From Lingula anatina (taxonomy: Eukaryota; Animalia; Brachiopoda), in the NCBI GenBank assembly GCA_051362555.1, contig CM120640.1, positions 15,438,001-15,502,000 of the forward strand: a stretch of 64,000 bases of DNA, in the 5' to 3' direction. The translations under genes were made by a program, and so were the position numbers. The stretch's first letter is position 1, and every line of letters begins with the position of its first letter. Positions 63,814-64,000 of this stretch are shown piece by piece. The notes under the pieces were generated by a model. The model saw nothing but the letters and a program-made list of their open reading frames with translations, did no database searches and was not told the origin of the DNA.

Positions 63814-64000
63814 TAAGTAAGAACCCATGTTCTATGGCAAATAGCAGCCCTCTTAGGTTTCTCAATATACCCAAGTTTACACACTGCCATGCACTCTTTA
63901 CCCTCCAATTATATATCATAGGCAGAAATGCTGATAAACAACTTTTTTTGATGACAAATATATCCAAATGGCATTATGTAATTGAAACCTTTAATTTTAT

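Overview
Eukaryotic, intron-rich, AT-rich animal DNA (repeat content suggests a marine invertebrate, probably a mollusc or other lophotrochozoan; inference). I reconstructed five spliced genes by hand, each closing in frame with GT-AG introns: (1) a secreted ~850-aa mosaic protein, signal peptide-PAN/apple-Sushi-Thr-rich mucin-Sushi-5x calcium-binding EGF-olfactomedin (+, 5421-14114); (2) RAB23 (-, 16864-22854); (3) a ~765-aa protein with 2 AT-hooks and 8 C2H2 fingers, ZBTB24-like but without BTB (+, 29988-35248), head-to-head with RAB23; (4) an equilibrative nucleoside transporter, SLC29 (-, 39407-51122); (5) NDUFAF2 (+, 55883-59303). Mobile DNA includes an intact APE-RT LINE ORF (RTE-X-like), a piggyBac MITE, Harbinger and hAT-type MITEs (one nested, two in 3' UTR regions), a 2.3-kb TA-flanked element inserted inside a splice donor, a Helentron-type non-autonomous element carrying a 146-bp dimeric satellite full of nuclear-receptor motifs, and decayed Gypsy gag and BEL/Pao pol fragments. 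The best novelty candidates are the olfactomedin mosaic gene and its exon-limited homogenisation, the transposon-rebuilt splice donor, the BTB-less ZBTB24-like protein with an unassigned C-terminal domain, and the 3'-UTR hairpin MITE. No searches were run; family assignments come from motif recognition.
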